Source: Eledone cirrhosa (Eukaryota). From it: a stretch of DNA of 64,000 nucleotides. Shown in pieces: positions 1-15,138 of the stretch (the stretch's first letter is position 1; each line of letters opens with the position of its first letter). Under the pieces are notes generated by a model that was not told the DNA's origin, did no database searches, and worked only from the letters and a program-made list of their open reading frames with translations. The DNA lies in assembly GCA_964016885.1 (NCBI GenBank), contig CAXHJY010000267.1, positions 1 to 64,000 on the forward strand, written 5' to 3'. The translations under genes were made by a program, and so were the position numbers.

Positions 1-3000
1 AGCATGGAAGGCCTCTGGGGATGAACTGTTGATGGATAACAGCATGGCAGGCCTCTGTGGATGAACTGTTGATGGATAACAGCATGGCAGGCCTCTGTGG
101 ATGAACTGTTGATGGATAACAGCATGGCAGGGCTCTGTGGATGAACTGTTGATGGATAACAGCATGGAAGGGCTCTGGGATGAACTGTTGATGGATAACA
201 GCATGGAAGGGCTCTGTGGATGAACTGTTGATGGATAACAGCATGGAAGGGCTCTGGGGATGAACTGTTGATGGATAACAGCATGGAAGGGCTCTGTGGA
301 TGAACTGTTGATGGATAACAGCATGGCAGGGCTCTGGGGATGAACTGTTGATGGATAACAGCATGGAAGGGCTCTGTGGATGAACTGTTGATGGATAACA
401 GCATGGAAGGGCTCTGGGGATGAACTGTTGATGGATAACAGCATGGCAGGCCTCTGTGGATGAACTGTTGATGGATAACAGCATGGCAGGCCTCTGTGGA
501 TGAACTGTTGATGGATAACAGCATGGCAGGCCTCTGTGGATGAACTGTTGATGGATAACAGCATGGCAGGCCTCTGTGGATGAACTGTTGATGGATAACA
601 GCATGGAAGGCCTCTGTGGATGAACTGTTGATGGATAACAGCATGGAAGGGCTCTGTGGATGAACTGTTGATGGATAACAGCATGGAAGGGCTCTGTGGA
701 TGAACTGTTGATGGATAACAGCATGGCAGGGCTCTGTGGATGAACTGTTGATGGATAACAGCATGGCAGGGCTCTGTGGATGAACTGTTGATGGATAACA
801 GCATGGCAGGCCTCTGTGGATGAACTGTTGATGGATAACAGCATGGCAGGCCTCTGGGGATGAACTGTTGATGGATAACAGCATGGAAGGGCTCTGTGGA
901 TGAACTGTTGATGGATAACAGCATGGAAGGGCTCTGTGGATGAACTGTTGATGGATAACAGCATGGAAGGGCTCTGTGGATGAACTGTTGATGGATAACA
1001 GCATGGCAGGGCTCTGTGGATGAACTGTTGATGGATAACAGCATGGCAGGGCTCTGTGGATGAACTGTTGATGGATAACAGCATGGCAGGCTCTGGGGAT
1101 GAACTGTTGATGGATAACAGCATGGCAGGGCCTCTGGGGATGAACTGTTGATGGATAACAGCATGGAAGGGCTCTGTGGATGAACTGTTGATGGATAACA
1201 GCATGGAAGGGCTCTGTGGATGAACTGTTGATGGATAACAGCATGGAAGGGCTCTGGGGATGAACTGTTGATGGATAACAGCATGGAAGGGCTCTGTGGA
1301 TGAACTGTTGATGGATAACAGCATGGAAGGGCTCTGGGGATGAACTGTTGATGGATAACAGCATGGCAGGCCTCTGTGGATGAACTGTTGATGGATAACA
1401 GCATGGAAGGGCTCTGGGGATGAACTGTTGATGGATAACAGCATGGCAGGCCTCTGGGGATGAACTGTTGATGGATAACAGCATGGCAGGGCTCTGGGGA
1501 TGAACTGTTGATGGATAACAGCATGGCAGGCCTCTGGGGATGAACTGTTGATGGATAACAGCATGGAAGGGCTCTGTGGATGAACTGTTGATGGATAACA
1601 GCATGGCAGGCCTCTGTGGATGAACTGTTGATGGATAACAGCATGGAAGGGCTCTGTGGATGAACTGTTGATGGATAACAGCATGGCAGGCCTCTGGGGA
1701 TGAACTGTTGATGGATAACAGCATGGCAGGCCTCTGTGGATGAACTGTTGATGGATAACAGCATGGCAGGGCTCTGTGGATGAACTGTTGATGGATAACA
1801 GCATGGCAGGCCTCTGGGGATGAACTGTTGATGGATAACAGCATGGAAGGCCTCTGTGGATGAACTGTTGATGGATAACAGCATGGCAGGGCTCTGTGGA
1901 TGAACTGTTGATGGATAACAGCATGGAAGGGCTCTGTGGATGAACTGTTGATGGATAACAGCATGGAAGGGCTCTGTGGATGAACTGTTGATGGATAACA
2001 GCATGGCAGGGCTCTGTGGATGAACTGTTGATGGATAACAGCATGGAAGGGCTCTGTGGATGAACTGTTGATGGATAACAGCATGGCAGGCCTCTGTGGA
2101 TGAACTGTTGATGGATAACAGCATGGCAGGGCTCTGGGGATGAACTGTTGATGGATAACAGCATGGCAGGGCTCTGTGGATGAACTGTTGATGGATAACA
2201 GCATGGAAGGGCTCTGGGGATGAACTGTTGATGGATAACAGCATGGCAGGCCTCTGGGGATGAACTGTTGATGGATAACAGCATGGAAGGGCTCTGGGGA
2301 TGAACTGTTGATGGATAACAGCATGGCAGGCCTCTGGGGATGAACTGTTGATGGATAACAGCATGGCAGGGCTCTGTGGATGAACTGTTGATGGATAACA
2401 GCATGGAAGGGCTCTGGGGATGAACTGTTGATGGATAACAGCATGGAAGGGCTCTGGGGATGAACTGTTGATGGATAACAGCATGGCAGGGCTCTGTGGA
2501 TGAACTGTTGATGGATAACAGCATGGCAGGCCTCTGGGGATGAACTGTTGATGGATAACAGCATGGCAGGGCTCTGGGGATGAACTGTTGATGGATAACA
2601 GCATGGCAGGGCTCTGTGGATGAACTGTTGATGGATAACAGCATGGAAGGGCTCTGGGGATGAACTGTTGATGGATAACAGCATGGCAGGCCTCTGGGGA
2701 TGAACTGTTGATGGATAACAGCATGGAAGGGCTCTGGGGATGAACTGTTGATGGATAACAGCATGGCAGGCCTCTGGGGATGAACTGTTGATGGATAACA
2801 GCATGGCAGGGCTCTGTGGATGAACTGTTGATGGATAACAGCATGGAAGGGCTCTGGGGATGAACTGTTGATGGATAACAGCATGGAAGGCCTCTGGGGA
2901 TGAACTGTTGATGGATAACAGCATGGAAGGCCTCTGGGGATGAACTGTTGATGGATAACAGCATGGCAGGGCTCTGGGGATGAACTGTTGATGGATAACA

Positions 3001-6000
3001 GCATGGAAGGCCTCTGTGGATGAACTGTTGATGGATAACAGCATGGCAGGGCTCTGTGGATGAACTGTTGATGGATAACAGCATGGCAGGGCTCTGGGGA
3101 TGAACTGTTGATGGATAACAGCATGGAAGGCCTCTGTGGATGAACTGTTGATGGATAACAGCATGGCAGGCCTCTGTGGATGAACTGTTGATGGATAACA
3201 GCATGGCAGGGCTCTGGGGATGAACTGTTGATGGATAACAGCATGGCAGGCCTCTGTGGATGAACTCTTGATGGATAACAGCATGGCAGGGCTCTGTGGA
3301 TGAACTGTTGATGGATAACAGCATGGCAGGCCTCTGTGGATGAACTGTTGATGGATAACAGCATGGCAGGGCTCTGTGGATGAACTGTTGATGGATAACA
3401 GCATGGCAGGCCTCTGTGGATGAACTGTTGATGGATAACAGCATGGCAGGGCTCTGGCGATGAACTGTTGATGGATAACAGCATGGAAGGGCTCTGTGGA
3501 TGAACTGTTGATGGATAACAGCATGGCAGGCCTCTGTGGATGAACTGTTGATGGATAACAGCATGGCAGGCCTCTGTGGATGAACTGTTGATGGATAACA
3601 GCATGGCAGGGCTCTGGGGATGAACTGTTGATGGATAACAGCATGGCAGGCCTCTGTGGATGAACTGTTGATGGATAACAGCATGGCAGGGCTCTGTGGA
3701 TGAACTGTTGATGGATAACAGCATGGCAGGGCTCTGTGGATGAACTGTTGATGGATAACAGCATGGCAGGCCTCTGGGGATGAACTGTTGATGGATAACA
3801 GCATGGCAGGCCTCTGTGGATGAACTGTTGATGGATAACAGCATGGCAGGCCTCTGGGGATGAACTGTTGATGGATAACAGCATGGCAGGCCTCTGTGGA
3901 TGAACTGTTGATGGATAACAGCATGGCAGGCCTCTGTGGATGAACTGTTGATGGATAACAGCATGGCAGGCCTCTGTGGATGAACTGTTGATGGATAACA
4001 GCATGGCAGGCCTCTGGGGATGAACTGTTGATGGATAACAGCATGGCAGGCCTCTGGGGATGAACTGTTGATGGATAACAGCATGGCAGGCCTCTGTGGA
4101 TGAACTGTTGATGGATAACAGCATGGCAGGCCTCTGTGGATGAACTGTTGATGGATAACAGCATGGCAGGCCTCTGTGGATGAACTGTTGATGGATAACA
4201 GCATGGAAGGGCTCTGTGGATGAACTGTTGATGGATAACAGCATGGAAGGGCTCTGTGGATGAACTGTTGATGGATAACAGCATGGCAGGGCTCTGTGGA
4301 TGAACTGTTGATGGATAACAGCATGGAAGGCCTCTGTGGATGAACTGTTGATGGATAACAGCATGGAAGGGCTCTGGGGATGAACTGTTGATGGATAACA
4401 GCATGGAAGGCCTCTGGGGATGAACTGTTGATGTATAACAGCATGGCAGGCCTCTGTGGATGAACTGTTGATGGATAACAGCATGGCAGGCCTCTGTGGA
4501 TGAACTGTTGATGGATAACAGCATGGAAGGGCTCTGTGGATGAACTGTTGATGGATAACAGCATGGAAGGGCTCTGTGGATGAACTGTTGATGGATAACA
4601 GCATGGCAGGGCTCTGGGGATGAACTGTTGATGGATAACAGCATGGAAGGGCTCTGGGGATGAACTGTTGATGGATAACAGCATGGCAGGCCTCTGTGGA
4701 TGAACTGTTGATGGATAACAGCATGGCAGGCCTCTGTGGATGAACTGTTGATGGATAACAGCATGGAAGGGCTCTGTGGATGAACTGTTGATGGATAACA
4801 GCATGGCAGGCCTCTGGGGATGAACTGTTGATGGATAACAGCATGGCAGGGCTCTGGGGATGAACTGTTGATGGATAACAGCATGGAAGGGCTCTGGGGA
4901 TGAACTGTTGATGGATAACAGCATGGAAGGCCTCTGGGGATGAACTGTTGATGTATAACAGCATGGCAGGGCTCTGGGGATGAACTGTTGATGGATAACA
5001 GCATGGAAGGCCTCTGGGGATGAACTGTTGATGGATAACAGCATGGAAGGGCTCTGGGGATGAACTGTTGATGGATAACAGCATGGCAGGCCTCTGTGGA
5101 TGAACTGTTGATGGATAACAGCATGGCAGGGCTCTGGGGATGAACTGTTGATGGATAACAGCATGGAAGGCCTCTGGGGATGAACTGTTGATGGATAACA
5201 GCATGGAAGGCCTCTGGGGATGAACTGTTGATGGATAACAGCATGGAAGGCCTCTGGGGATGAACTGTTGATGGATAACAGCATGGCAGGCCTCTGTGGA
5301 TGAACTGTTGATGGATAACAGCATGGCAGGGCTCTGGGGATGAACTGTTGATGGATAACAGCATGGCAGGGCTCTGGGGATGAACTGTTGATGGATAACA
5401 GCATGGAAGGCCTCTGGGGATGAACTGTTGATGGATAACAGCATGGAAGGCCTCTGGGGATGAACTGTTGATGGATAACAGCATGGAAGGGCTCTGTGGA
5501 TGAACTGTTGATGGATAACAGCATGGAAGGGCTCTGTGGATGAACTGTTGATGGATAACAGCATGGCAGGGCTCTGGGGATGAACTGTTGATGGATAACA
5601 GCATGGAAGGGCTCTGGGGATGAACTGTTGATGGATAACAGCATGGCAGGCCTCTGTGGATGAACTGTTGATGGATAACAGCATGGCAGGCCTCTGTGGA
5701 TGAACTGTTGATGGATAACAGCATGGAAGGGCTCTGTGGATGAACTGTTGATGGATAACAGCATGGCAGGCCTCTGGGGATGAACTGTTGATGGATAACA
5801 GCATGGCAGGGCTCTGGGGATGAACTGTTGATGGATAACAGCATGGAAGGGCTCTGGGGATGAACTGTTGATGGATAACAGCATGGAAGGCCTCTGGGGA
5901 TGAACTGTTGATGTATAACAGCATGGCAGGGCTCTGGGGATGAACTGTTGATGGATAACAGCATGGAAGGCCTCTGGGATGAACTGTTGATGGATAACAG

Positions 6001-9000
6001 CATGGAAGGGCTCTGGGGATGAACTGTTGATGGATAACAGCATGGCAGGCCTCTGGGGATGAACTGTTGATGGATAACAGCATGGAAGGGCTCTGGGGAT
6101 GAACTGTTGATGGATAACAGCATGGCAGGCCTCTGGGGATGAACTGTTGATGGATAACAGCATGGAAGGGCTCTGGGGATGAACTGTTGATGGATAACAG
6201 CATGGAAGGGCTCTGGGGATGAACTGTTGATGGATAACAGCATGGCAGGCCTCTGGGGATGAACTGTTGATGGATAACAGCATGGAAGGCCTCTGGGGAT
6301 GAACTGTTGATGGATAACAGCATGGAAGGGCTCTGGGGATGAACTGTTGATGGATAACAGCATGGCAGGCCTCTGGGGATGAACTGTTGATGGATAACAG
6401 CATGGAAGGGCTCTGGGGATGAACTGTTGATGGATAACAGCATGGAAGGGCTCTGTGGATGAACTGTTGATGGATAACAGCATGGCAGGCCTCTGGGGAT
6501 GAACTGTTGATGGATAACAGCATGGAAGGGCTCTGGGGATGAACTGTTGATGGATAACAGCATGGAAGGCCTCTGGGGATGAACTGTTGATGTGCATGGC
6601 AGGGCTCTGTGGATGAACTGTTGATGGATAACAGCATGGAAGGCCTCTGGGGATGAACTGTTGATGGATAACAGCATGGAAGGGCTCTGGGGATGAACTG
6701 TTGATGGATAACAGCATGGCAGGCCTCTGGGGATGAACTGTTGATGGATAACAGCATGGAAGGGCTCTGGGGATGAACTGTTGATGGATAACAGCATGGA
6801 AGGGCTCTGGGGATGAACTGTTGATGGATAACAGCATGGCAGGCCTCTGGGGATGAACTGTTGATGGATAACAGCATGGAAGGGCTCTGGGGATGAACTG
6901 TGATGGATAACAGCATGGAAGGCCTCTGGGGATGAACTGTTGATGTATAACAGCATGGCAGGGCTCTGTGGATGAACTGTTGATGGATAACAGCATGGAA
7001 GGCCTCTGGGGATGAACTGTTGATGGATAACAGCATGGAAGGGCTCTGGGGATGAACTGTTGATGGATAACAGCATGGCAGGCCTCTGGGGATGAACTGT
7101 TGATGGATAACAGCATGGCAGGCCTCTGTGGATGAACTGTTGATGGATAACAGCATGGAAGGCCTCTGGGGATGAACTGTTGATGGATAACAGCATGGAA
7201 GGCCTCTGGGGATGAACTGTTGATGGATAACAGCATGGCAGGCCTCTGTGGATGAACTGTTGATGGATAACAGCATGGAAGGGCTCTGTGGATGAACTGT
7301 TGATGGATAACAGCATGGAAGGGCTCTGGGGATGAACTGTTGATGGATAACAGCATGGAAGGCCTCTGGGGATGAACTGTTGATGGATAACAGCATGGAA
7401 GGCCTCTGGGGATGAACTGTTGATGGATAACAGCATGGCAGGCCTCTGTGGATGAACTGTTGATGGATAACAGCATGGAAGGGCTCTGTGGATGAACTGT
7501 TGATGGATAACAGCATGGCAGGGCTCTGTGGATGAACTGTTGATGGATAACAGCATGGAAGGCCTCTGGGGATGAACTGTTGATGGATAACAGCATGGAA
7601 GGCCTCTGGGGATGAACTGTTGATGGATAACAGCATGGCAGGCCTCTGTGGATGAACTGTTGATGGATAACAGCATGGAAGGGCTCTGTGGATGAACTGT
7701 TGATGGATAACAGCATGGCAGGCCTCTGTGGATGAACTGTTGATGGATAACAGCATGGAAGGCCTCTGGGGATGAACTGTTGATGGATAACAGCATGGAA
7801 GGCCTCTGGGGATGAACTGTTGATGGATAACAGCATGGCAGGCCTCTGTGGATGAACTGTTGATGGATAACAGCATGGAAGGGCTCTGTGGATGAACTGT
7901 TGATGGATAACAGCATGGCAGGCCTCTGTGGATGAACTGTTGATGGATAACAGCATGGAAGGCCTCTGGGGATGAACTGTTGATGGATAACAGCATGGAA
8001 GGCCTCTGGGGATGAACTGTTGATGGATAACAGCATGGCAGGCCTCTGTGGATGAACTGTTGATGGATAACAGCATGGAAGGGCTCTGTGGATGAACTGT
8101 TGATGGATAACAGCATGGCAGGCCTCTGTGGATGAACTGTTGATGGATAACAGCATGGAAGGCCTCTGGGGATGAACTGTTGATGGATAACAGCATGGAA
8201 GGCCTCTGGGATGAACTGTTGATGGATAACAGCATGGCAGGCTCTGTGGATGAACTGTTGATGGATAACAGCATGGAAGGGCTCTGTGGATGAACTGTTG
8301 ATGGATAACAGCATGGCAGGCCTCTGTGGATGAACTGTTGATGGATAACAGCATGGAAGGCCTCTGGGGATGAACTGTTGATGGATAACAGCATGGAAGG
8401 CCTCTGGGGATGAACTGTTGATGGATAACAGCATGGCAGGCCTCTGTGGATGAACTGTTGATGGATAACAGCATGGAAGGGCTCTGGGGATGAACTGTTG
8501 ATGGATAACAGCATGGAAGGGCTCTGTGGATGAACTGTTGATGGATAACAGCATGGAAGGGCTCTGGGGATGAACTGTTGATGGATAACAGCATGGCAGG
8601 CCTCTGTGGATGAACTGTTGATGGATAACAGCATGGAAGGGCTCTGGGGATGAACTGTTGATGGATAACAGCATGGAAGGGCTCTGTGGATGAACTGTTG
8701 ATGGATAACAGCATGGAAGGGCTCTGGGGATGAACTGTTGATGGATAACAGCATGGAAGGCCTCTGTGGATGAACTGTTGATGGATAACAGCATGGAAGG
8801 CCTCTGGGGATGAACTGTTGATGGATAACAGCATGGCAGGGCTCTGGGGATGAACTGTTGATGGATAACAGCATGGAAGGGCTCTGGGGATGAACTGTTG
8901 ATGGATAACAGCATGGAAGGCCTCTGGGGATGAACTGTTGATGTATAACAGCATGGCAGGGCTCTGTGGATGAACTGTTGATGGATAACAGCATGGAAGG

Positions 9001-12000
9001 CCTCTGGGGATGAACTGTTGATGGATAACAGCATGGAAGGGCTCTGGGGATGAACTGTTGATGGATAACAGCATGGCAGGCCTCTGTGGATGAACTGTTG
9101 ATGGATAACAGCATGGAAGGGCTCTGTGGATGAACTGTTGATGGATAACAGCATGGCAGGGCTCTGTGGATGAACTGTTGATGGATAACAGCATGGCAGG
9201 CCTCTGGGGATGAAGTGTTGATGGATAACAGCATGGCAGGGCTCTGGGGATGAACTGTTGATGGATAACAGCATGGCAGGGCTCTGTGGATGAACTGTTG
9301 ATGGATAACAGCATGGAAGGGCTCTGGGGATGAACTGTTGATGGATAACAGCATGGCAGGGCTCTGTGGATGAACTGTTGATGGATAACAGCATGGAAGG
9401 CCTCTGGGGATGAACTGTTGATGGATAACAGCATGGAAGGGCTCTGGGGATGAACTGTTGATGGATAACAGCATGGAAGGGCTCTGGGGATGAACTGTTG
9501 ATGGATAACAGCATGGAAGGCCTCTGGGGATGAACTGTTGATGGATAACAGCATGGAAGGCCTCTGGGGATGAACTGTTGATGGATAACAGCATGGAAGG
9601 GCTCTGGGGATGAACTGTTGATGGATAACAGCATGGAAGGCCTCTGGGGATGAACTGTTGATGGATAACAGCATGGAAGGGCTCTGGGGATGAACTGTTG
9701 ATGGATAACAGCATGGAAGGGCTCTGGGGATGAACTGTTGATGGATAACAGCATGGAAGGCCTCTGGGGATGAACTGTTGATGGATAACAGCATGGCAGG
9801 CCTCTGGGGATGAACTGTTGATGGATAACAGCATGGAAGGGCTCTGGGGATGAACTGTTGATGGATAACAGCATGGAAGGGCTCTGGGGATGAACTGTTG
9901 ATGGATAACAGCATGGAAGGCCTCTGGGGATGAACTGTTGATGGATAACAGCATGGCAGGCCTCTGGGGATGAACTGTTGATGGATAACAGCATGGAAGG
10001 GCTCTGGGGATGAACTGTTGATGGATAACAGCATGGAAGGGCTCTGGGGATGAACTGTTGATGGATAACAGCATGGAAGGGCTCTGGGGATGAACTGTTG
10101 ATGGATAACAGCATGGAAGGGCTCTGTGGATGAACTGTTGATGGATAACAGCATGGCAGGCCTCTGTGGATGAACTGTTGATGGATAACAGCATGGCAGG
10201 CCTCTGTGGATGAACTGTTGATGGATAACAGCATGGCAGGGCTCTGTGGATGAACTGTTGATGGATAACAGCATGGCAGGCCTCTGTGGATGAACTGTTG
10301 ATGGATAACAGCATGGAAGGCCTCTGGGGATGAACTGTTGATGGATAACAGCATGGAAGGGCTCTGGGGATGAACTGTTGATGGATAACAGCATGGAAGG
10401 GCTCTGGGGATGAACTGTTGATGGATAACAGCATGGAAGGCCTCTGGGGATGAACTGTTGATGGATAACAGCATGGCAGGCCTCTGGGGATGAACTGTTG
10501 ATGGATAACAGCATGGAAGGGCTCTGGGGATGAACTGTTGATGGATAACAGCATGGAAGGGCTCTGGGGATGAACTGTTGATGGATAACAGCATGGCAGG
10601 GCTCTGTGGATGAACTGTTGATGGATAACAGCATGGCAGGCCTCTGTGGATGAACTGTTGATGGATAACAGCATGGCAGGCCTCTGTGGATGAACTGTTG
10701 ATGGATAACAGCATGGAAGGGCTCTGGGGATGAACTGTTGATGGATAACAGCATGGAAGGCCTCTGGGGATGAACTGTTGATGGATAACAGCATGGCAGG
10801 CCTCTGGGGATGAACTGTTGATGGATAACAGCATGGAAGGGCTCTGGGGATGAACTGTTGATGGATAACAGCATGGAAGGGCTCTGGGGATGAACTGTTG
10901 ATGGATAACAGCATGGAAGGGCTCTGGGGATGAACTGTTGATGGATAACAGCATGGAAGGGCTCTGTGGATGAACTGTTGATGGATAACAGCATGGCAGG
11001 CCTCTGTGGATGAACTGTTGATGGATAACAGCATGGCAGGCCTCTGTGGATGAACTGTTGATGGATAACAGCATGGCAGGGCTCTGTGGATGAACTGTTG
11101 ATGGATAACAGCATGGCAGGCCTCTGTGGATGAACTGTTGATGGATAACAGCATGGAAGGGCTCTGTGGATGAACTGTTGATGGATAACAGCATGGCAGG
11201 CCTCTGTGGATGAACTGTTGATGGATAACAGCATGGCAGGCCTCTGTGGATGAACTGTTGATGGATAACAGCATGGCAGGCCTCTGTGGATGAACTGTTG
11301 ATGGATAACAGCATGGCAGGCCTCTGTGGATGAACTGTTGATGGATAACAGCATGGCAGGGCTCTGGGGATGAACTGTTGATGGATAACAGCATGGAAGG
11401 GCTCTGTGGATGAACTGTTGATGGATAACAGCATGGCAGGCCTCTGTGGATGAACTGTTGATGGATAACAGCATGGCAGGCCTCTGTGGATGAACTGTTG
11501 ATGGATAACAGCATGGCAGGCCTCTGTGGATGAACTGTTGATGGATAACAGCATGGCAGGCCTCTGTGGATGAACTGTTGATGGATAACAGCATGGCAGG
11601 CCTCTGTGGATGAACTGTTGATGGATAACAGCATGGCAGGCCTCTGTGGATGAACTGTTGATGGATAACAGCATGGCAGGCCTCTGTGGATGAACTGTTG
11701 ATGGATAACAGCATGGCAGGCCTCTGTGGATGAACTGTTGATGGATAACAGCATGGCAGGCCTCTGTGGATGAACTGTTGATGGATAACAGCATGGCAGG
11801 CCTCTGTGGATGAACTGTTGATGGATAACAGCATGGCAGGGCTCTGGGGATGAACTGTTGATGGATAACAGCATGGAAGGGCTCTGTGGATGAACTGTTG
11901 ATGGATAACAGCATGGCAGGCCTCTGTGGATGAACTGTTGATGGATAACAGCATGGCAGGCCTCTGTGGATGAACTGTTGATGGATAACAGCATGGCAGG

Positions 12001-14235
12001 GCTCTGGGGATGAACTGTTGATGGATAACAGCATGGCAGGCCTCTGTGGATGAACTCTTGATGGATAACAGCATGGCAGGGCTCTGTGGATGAACTGTTG
12101 ATGGATAACAGCATGGCAGGGCTCTGGGGATGAACTGTTGATGGATAACAGCATGGAAGGGCTCTGGGGATGAACTGTTGATGGATAACAGCATGGCAGG
12201 CCTCTGTGGATGAACTGTTGATGGATAACAGCATGGAAGGGCTCTGGGGATGAACTGTTGATGGATAACAGCATGGCAGGCCTCTGTGGATGAACTCTTG
12301 ATGGATAACAGCATGGCAGGGCTCTGTGGATGAACTGTTGATGGATAACAGCATGGCAGGGCTCTGTGGATGAACTGTTGATGGATAACAGCATGGCAGG
12401 CCTCTGTGGATGAACTGTTGATGGATAACAGCATGGAAGGGCTCTGTGGATGAACTGTTGATGGATAACAGCATGGAAGGGCTCTGTGGATGAACTGTTG
12501 ATGGATAACAGCATGGCAGGCCTCTGTGGATGAACTGTTGATGGATAACAGCATGGAAGGGCTCTGTGGATGAACTGTTGATGGATAACAGCATGGAAGG
12601 GCTCTGTGGATGAACTGTTGATGGATAACAGCATGGAAGGGCTCTGTGGATGAACTGTTGATGGATAACAGCATGGAAGGGCTCTGTGGATGAACTGTTG
12701 ATGGATAACAGCATGAAAGGGCTCTGGGGATGAACTGTTGATGGATAACAGCATGGAAGGGCTCTGTGGATGAACTGTTGATGGATAACAGCATGGAAGG
12801 GCTCTGTGGATGAACTGTTGATGGATAACAGCATGGAAGGGCTCTGTGGATGAACTGTTGATGGATAACAGCATGGAAGGCCTCTGGGGATGAACTGTTG
12901 ATGGATAACAGCATGGCAGGGCTCTGTGGATGAACTGTTGATGGATAACAGCATGGAAGGGCTCTGGGGATGAACTGTTGATGGATAACAGCATGGAAGG
13001 GCTCTGGGGATGAACTGTTGATGGATAACAGCATGGAAGGGCTCTGTGGATGAACTGTTGATGGATAACAGCATGGCAGGCCTCTGTGGATGAACTGTTG
13101 ATGGATAACAGCATGGAAGGGCTCTGGGGATGAACTGTTGATGGATAACAGCATGGAAGGGCTCTGTGGATGAACTGTTGATGGATAACAGCATGGAAGG
13201 CCTCTGGGGATGAACTGTTGATGGATAACAGCATGGCAGGGCTCTGTGGATGAACTGTTGATGGATAACAGCATGGAAGGGCTCTGGGGATGAACTGTTG
13301 ATGGATAACAGCATGGAAGGGCTCTGTGGATGAACTGTTGATGGATAACAGCATGGAAGGGCTCTGGGGATGAACTGTTGATGGATAACAGCATGGAAGG
13401 GCTCTGTGGATGAACTGTTGATGGATAACAGCATGGAAGGGCTCTGTGGATGAACTGTTGATGGATAACAGCATGGCAGGCCTCTGTGGATGAACTGTTG
13501 ATGGATAACAGCATGGAAGGGCTCTGGGGATGAACTGTTGATGGATAACAGCATGGAAGGGCTCTGGGGATGAACTGTTGATGGATAACAGCATGGCAGG
13601 GCTCTGTGGATGAACTGTTGATGGATAACAGCATGGCAGGCCTCTGTGGATGAACTGTTGATGGATAACAGCATGGAAGGGCTCTGGGGATGAACTGTTG
13701 ATGGATAACAGCATGGCAGGGCTCTGGGGATGAACTGTTGATGGATAACAGCATGGCAGGCCTCTGTGGATGAACTGTTGATGGATAACAGCATGGCAGG
13801 CCTCTGTGGATGAACTGTTGATGGATAACAGCATGGAAGGGCTCTGTGGATGAACTGTTGATGGATAACAGCATGGAAGGCCTCTGGGGATGAACTGTTG
13901 ATGGATAACAGCATGGCAGGGCTCTGTGGATGAACTGTTGATGGATAACAGCATGGAAGGGCTCTGGGGATGAACTGTTGATGGATAACAGCATGGAAGG
14001 GCTCTGTGGATGAACTGTTGATGGATAACAGCATGGCAGGCCTCTGTGGATGAACTGTTGATGGATAACAGCATGGAAGGGCTCTGGGGATGAACTGTTG
14101 ATGGATAACAGCATGGAAGGGCTCTGGGGATGAACTGTTGATGGATAACAGCATGGCAGGCCTCTGTGGATGAACTGTTGATGGATAACAGCATGGCAGG
14201 GCTCTGTGGATGAACTCTTGATGGATAACAGCATG
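1..14235. repeat. 40-bp tandem satellite (~355 copies, runs off the window start)
   Basis: Unit AGCATGG[A/C]AGG[G/C]CTCTG[G/T]GGATGAACTGTTGATGGATAAC repeated head-to-tail; variation is almost confined to three positions. Confidence 0.98.
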
Positions 14236-14838
14236 ATAGGACTGGGGTCCCTATTAATACAACAGTGTAGGGGACCAGGGTCCCTATTAATACAACAGTG
14301 TAGGGGACCAGCTAAACCTACATAGATGTGCAGTGTAACAACATGATAGGACTGGGGTCCCTATTAATACAACAGTGTAGGGGACCAGCTAAACCTACAT
14401 AGCTGAGGGGTGTAACAACATGATAAGACTGGGGTCCCTATTAATACAACAGTGTAGGGGACCAGCTAAACCTACATAGCTGTGAGGTGTAACAACATGA
14501 TAGGACTGGGGTCCCTATTAATACAACAGTGTAGGGGACCAGGGTCCCTATTAATACAACAGTGTAGGGGACCAGCTAAACCTACATAGCTGAGGGGTGT
14601 AACAACATGATAGGACCGGGGTCCCTATTAATACAACAGTGTAGGGGACCAGCTAAACCTACATAGCTGTGAGGTGTAACAACATGATAGGACTGGGGTC
14701 CCTATTAATACAACAGTGTAGGGGACCAGCTAAAGCTACATAGCTGTGAGGTGTAACTACATGATAGGACCGGGGTCCCTATTAATACAACAGTGTAGGG
14801 GACCAGCTAAAGCTACATAGCTGAGGGCTGTAACAACA
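14227..14838. repeat. 77-bp minisatellite (~7 copies), two units with an internal 33-bp duplication
   Basis: Unit AACAACATGATAGGACTGGGGTCCCTATTAATACAACAGTGTAGGGGACCAGCTAAACCTACATAGCTGAGGGGTGT starts at 14227, 14337, 14414, 14491, 14601, 14678 and 14755. It contains the imperfect inverted repeat GGTCCCTA...TAGGGGACC. Confidence 0.93.
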
Positions 14839-15128
14839 GGGTGATATATAGATACGAATGGTGACATCTGTAATTAACACAACAACCTGTGGATGAGAGA
14901 GAGAATTCATTTGTAGGAGTGGGTGAAGAAGTCTGGGTTAAGCCACCGAATGTGTGTTGCACATTTGAATGGGGGAAGGGGACTGTAAGGGCTGTAAATC
15001 CCTAAAACAACGTGTCGGTGGATGGAATGTCACGTTATGGTCTCCTCAGTATCGTTGATTTGACGAATGGTAGATCACAATGGGAGAGCTGTCTACCCAG
15101 TTGGATGACAGACCGTGACATAGAGTAA
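14838..15128 (+). pseudogene. Decayed Ty3/gypsy-type Pol (integrase C-terminal region) fragment
   Basis: Manual translation in one frame: RVIYRYEW*HL*LTQQPVDERENSFVGVGEEVWVKPPNVCCTFEWGKGTVRAVNP*NNVSVDGMSRYG...LPSWMTDRDIE*. The motifs YEWxH, VGEEVWVKPP, WxKGxV, NNVxVDGMxR and PxWMxD resemble the C-terminus of invertebrate gypsy integrases (recalled). It has three internal stops and is absent from the ORF track. Confidence 0.72.
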
Positions 15129-15138
15129 TATGATGGGG

